The notes under the pieces are model-generated. The model was not told where the DNA came from and searched no databases. It worked only from the letters and a program-made list of their open reading frames with translations. A program made the translations under genes and the position numbers. Below, piece after piece: positions 61,045-64,000 of a DNA stretch of 64,000 nucleotides. The stretch comes from Pocillopora damicornis (Eukaryota), in NCBI RefSeq assembly GCF_003704095.1, contig NW_020846445.1, positions 1 to 64,000 of the forward strand. The letters are read 5' to 3'. Within the stretch, counting starts at the first letter, position 1. Each line of letters opens with the position of its first letter.

Positions 61045-61776
61045 ATGAATGCGAATCATGAAGAGCCACCGGTACTTCTATCGAAAAACACCAAAAGGAC
61101 CTTACTCATGCGAAACGCCATCAACCAAGAGACTCTTAAGAAACAGTCTCGTCTCTTAGAGAAAGAGAAAAGTTCAGAGGAAAGGTTATTTCTAAAAAAA
61201 AAGGAACATCTTTTACAACGTCAGGTGACAAGGGGCTTAGAAACCAGTCAAAGTCGACCTTCTTCTTCTCGCAGCTTAAACTTGGAGAACTCAGTCACGA
61301 AATGGAAAAAGGCAACAGCTTTGTCTAAAGAATGTTCTCAATCTCATTTGCCGAAAAAAATAGAGGTCAATCTAACACCTATGTCTTCTGGGAAGTTGGA
61401 AAACGCGCTGAACAAATGGAAAAACGTAACCGCTTCAGCAAGAGAATCAACTCAATCTCCTAAGCCAAGGAGGAAAGAAATTGTTGGAAATAACCGACAA
61501 AGGCGTTTGCTTTCCTCACTCTCTTTGCAGTCCGATGAGGACGAAATAGAGGCAGTTCCTCTCAGGTCTAGAAGTAAAACATTCTCAACTTTTAGTTCTA
61601 CAGTTCCTCTTCCTGACATACACGCCACGTCCAACGGAATAACAGGACTGAAAAAATGCAATGACACACAGCTGCCAGATAGTTTGGAAATTTGTCAAGA
61701 AGATGATTGGAAACCTTTGAGAGAGTGTCGATATTTGCGCACGAGTTCAGGAGAGGAAGAGCTCTGTGGTATTTAG
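61045..61776 (+). CDS. Uncharacterised intronless coiled-coil / Ser-rich protein, paralogue 3 (243 aa)
   Basis: First ATG at 61045; same motifs; internal duplication LENSVTKWKK.T / LENALNKWKN.T. Confidence 0.85.
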   Translation: MNANHEEPPVLLSKNTKRTLLMRNAINQETLKKQSRLLEKEKSSEERLFLKKKEHLLQRQVTRGLETSQSRPSSSRSLNLENSVTKWKKATALSKECSQSHLPKKIEVNLTPMSSGKLENALNKWKNVTASARESTQSPKPRRKEIVGNNRQRRLLSSLSLQSDEDEIEAVPLRSRSKTFSTFSSTVPLPDIHATSNGITGLKKCNDTQLPDSLEICQEDDWKPLRECRYLRTSSGEEELCGI

Positions 61777-62538
61777 AATCAACGCTTAACTACAGAATAG
61801 AGTAAGAATTGAAAAAGAAACATCCATACAACAAAATTGAGCATATTGAATTCACCATGGATTTAGCTTTGGTCAGTTGATAAAACATCAATGCCAGTCT
61901 GACTATTTCAGAAAGAATCAAATGAGTCATAATTTCAGTTCTTAATGTGCTAAATATTGAACTCCATGTTTTTGACAATCAATATCAGGTAACTAGTCAT
62001 AGAAGGGAGACTTTTAAATATCTATTCCTTCTAGAAAGTGAATTGAGATTCTTTGGCTCGCGTGAGTTGTTCATGGAGCTCCAAGTTTGTCCTTTTTGTA
62101 CGTAAGAACAATATATTTTTAATCAATTAATGCTAATGGTGATTCGTCTCCTAACGAGCTAAGAAACACTCCAAGAGGTCTGGTTGGGGAGGCAAAAGTT
62201 TAATGACGATCATTTGTCTCAAACGATTGAATTTTATATTGTTGAATAACACAATTGCTTTGTTTGTCAGAGAATGGAACGATATTAATCCACTGGCTTT
62301 ACATGCAAATTTGAACGACTTCTATCGGTCAATTAATCGGCCAGGTCTTTCTCTAAATCGAAAATTTGGGAAATAATAATCCGCCCTTAAACTTTAGTTC
62401 TAGTGACTGAAATTTTTCTCTCCGTTACCCACGCATTTAGATAGATAGATAGTTTATTGAAATATCATATTGCAGCCCAAAGGCTAAGTTGCTTATTATT
62501 TTATAATACATACAGATAAAATTACTATAGTACAGGTT

Positions 62539-62697
62539 ATGTGAATGTGAAAGCGATCTTCGCAGTAATGAATACTACTTGAGCAGTAGTGAAAATAAGG
62601 CCTGAAAAAAAATTCAGGTCTGTATGGGATTTGAACCCATGACCTCTGCGATACCGGTGCGCGCTCTACTAGCTTAGTTAACATGCCAACTGGGAGC
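62539..62697 (-). mobile_element. tRNA-derived SINE
   Basis: Minus strand: GTAGAGCGCGCACCGGTATCGCAGAGGTCATGGGTTCAAATCCC (A-box remnant and B box GGTTCAAATCC), followed by CCTGAATTTTTTTTCAGG and a non-tRNA tail; no complete cloverleaf. Confidence 0.8.
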
Positions 62698-62807
62698 TCC
62701 CACTTGGCTTGTTAAGTTAGGTTAGGTTGATCTCCCAAGCTAAGAATCGTAATATTCAAGAACAGGTCTTACAACTGAGCGATAAAAATTGACAACGTAG
62801 TAAGGGT

Positions 62808-63555
62808 TTAAACCCGCTCTTTAAGAAGAACCAAGAGGCATAATCTCTTACTGGACAGAGTCGCTCCTAAAACCTTAGCGGAGTTGACAATAGAGAGTTC
62901 CTTCCCATCAACGATGACAGGCTCGAACGCGTGCCTGTTCTTCTTAAAGTCGATGTTCATGACTTGACACTTGTCGGCATTCAAGGTCATCTTGTGCTCG
63001 CACGACCAGTTCTCAACAGCGTGAACACCACTCTGGATGTTACCCGGCTGCCTTCGCGGTACGACCTCGGCTACTTTAGTGTCATCCACGTATTTCCGGG
63101 TCTGAAAGCCTGAGACCTTGAGGTCATTTATCACTAATATAAATAACCAAGGGTCCAGCTTGGTGCCTTGGGGGACGCCAGCGGGGACTGGGCCTCATTC
63201 CGAGAAACATTCTGCAGATAGCTTGACACTTTGTTGTCGGTCCATCAGGAAGTCTGCAACCTAGTGGGCGACGCTCTTAGGGATTGGTAAATTGAAGACC
63301 TTGCACACCAGCAGGGTGTGGTCGATGAAATCGAAAGCCTTCCTATAATCGAAGAGGACAACTCTCACAGCAGCTCCAGTACTTTCAGTAGCTGTATTCC
63401 AGTTGTGCACCATTGATGTTAGGGCGTGAAGGGTAGAAGATCTCGGAGTTCCTCCAACCTGGTTAGAGTCGATAACATCCATCGCAGCAGGGCCCACATG
63501 AAGACCAACCACAAAATCTTTCGCAACTTTGGACAGCGCCGGAGTCAGGAATATG
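62808..63555 (-). mobile_element. Decayed non-LTR retrotransposon (L2/CR1-group-like) reverse transcriptase fragment
   Basis: RT motifs LTPALSKVA, VRVVLFDYRKAFDFIDH.LL, GVPQGTKL.PWLF, INDL, KYVDDT, M.LNADKC, AKVLG; interrupted by stops and frameshifts. Confidence 0.9.
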
Positions 63556-63754
63556 AAGAGATATGACCTGACGAACTATTTAATGTAATCATATAAGTTT
63601 AAAAGGTAATCAGTGACGATGGCTGTTTTTTCTTTTTCCGCGACGATTTACTGTTGCTAAAACTTGAAGTTTGGGGTAGTTACACAGAAATAAAAAGCTT
63701 TTTCTTATACATAAAGGGCTGCGTCGGTAGGGCTTGTTACAAGATAATTGGTTT

Positions 63755-63912
63755 TACTAACTGAGTTGATAGTGTAAATTGGCCCGGCTCCGGTTTCAAC
63801 AATTGACGTTTGGGTTTCCCTTAGACGAAGAGCTAACGCTCAAAACGTCAGCTTTAGTTACTCATTAGGATGGTTGATTTGCATTATCAACTCAATTTAT
63901 AAAACCAAATGT
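63755..63912 (+). mobile_element. Short interspersed element carrying a degenerate hammerhead-like motif
   Basis: TAGACGA-A-GAGC-TAAC-GCTC-AAAAC-GTC at 63822-63849, between inverted AACTGAGTTGATA / TATCAACTCAATT ends; related fragment at ~43110-43180. Confidence 0.55.
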
Positions 63913-64000
63913 ATTGTAAAAAAAATTAATTTACGAAAGAGTCCAAACTCAGTAGAAAATATGTATTAAATTTGTTAAATGAACCACAAAATCTAGCTGA

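Noticed and set aside
62600-62680. Possible tRNA gene
   Set aside because: Has a B box but no acceptor stem or full cloverleaf, and continues into a SINE-type tail.

Overview
AT-rich, intron-containing animal genomic DNA. The repeat families and gene content point to a stony coral or other anthozoan (inference, not a database result). There are two 100-N scaffold gaps (3483-3582, 7272-7371). Left to right: (1) 1.9-21.7 kb, a tandem array of eight intronless BTBD1/2/3/6-type BTB-BACK-PHR genes (three intact, two cut by gaps, three frameshifted or decayed), with a ninth frameshifted copy on the minus strand at 41.3-42.6 kb; (2) a minus-strand spliced gene ending in an Rsa3-like domain (22.4 to ~25-27 kb), head-to-head with (3) an 11-exon Fringe glycosyltransferase (28.4-35.3 kb); (4) an 8-exon ATPAF2/ATP12 (36.1-40.7 kb); (5) two tandem 4-exon secreted PAN-EGF-fibrinogen/COLFI-like genes (43.9-51.8 kb), one with a Penelope remnant and minimal hammerhead ribozyme in intron 1; (6) three intronless paralogues of an unrecognised coiled-coil/'W..L...RYLR' family (54-62 kb); (7) a tRNA-derived SINE, a decayed LINE RT and several MITEs. 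The best candidate for an undescribed system is the BTB-PHR array: the BTB core is homogenised at the DNA level while the PHR loops are hypervariable and copies turn over by birth-and-death, as expected of a diversifying ubiquitin-ligase adaptor repertoire. All exon models were built by hand from GT-AG sites and reading phase.
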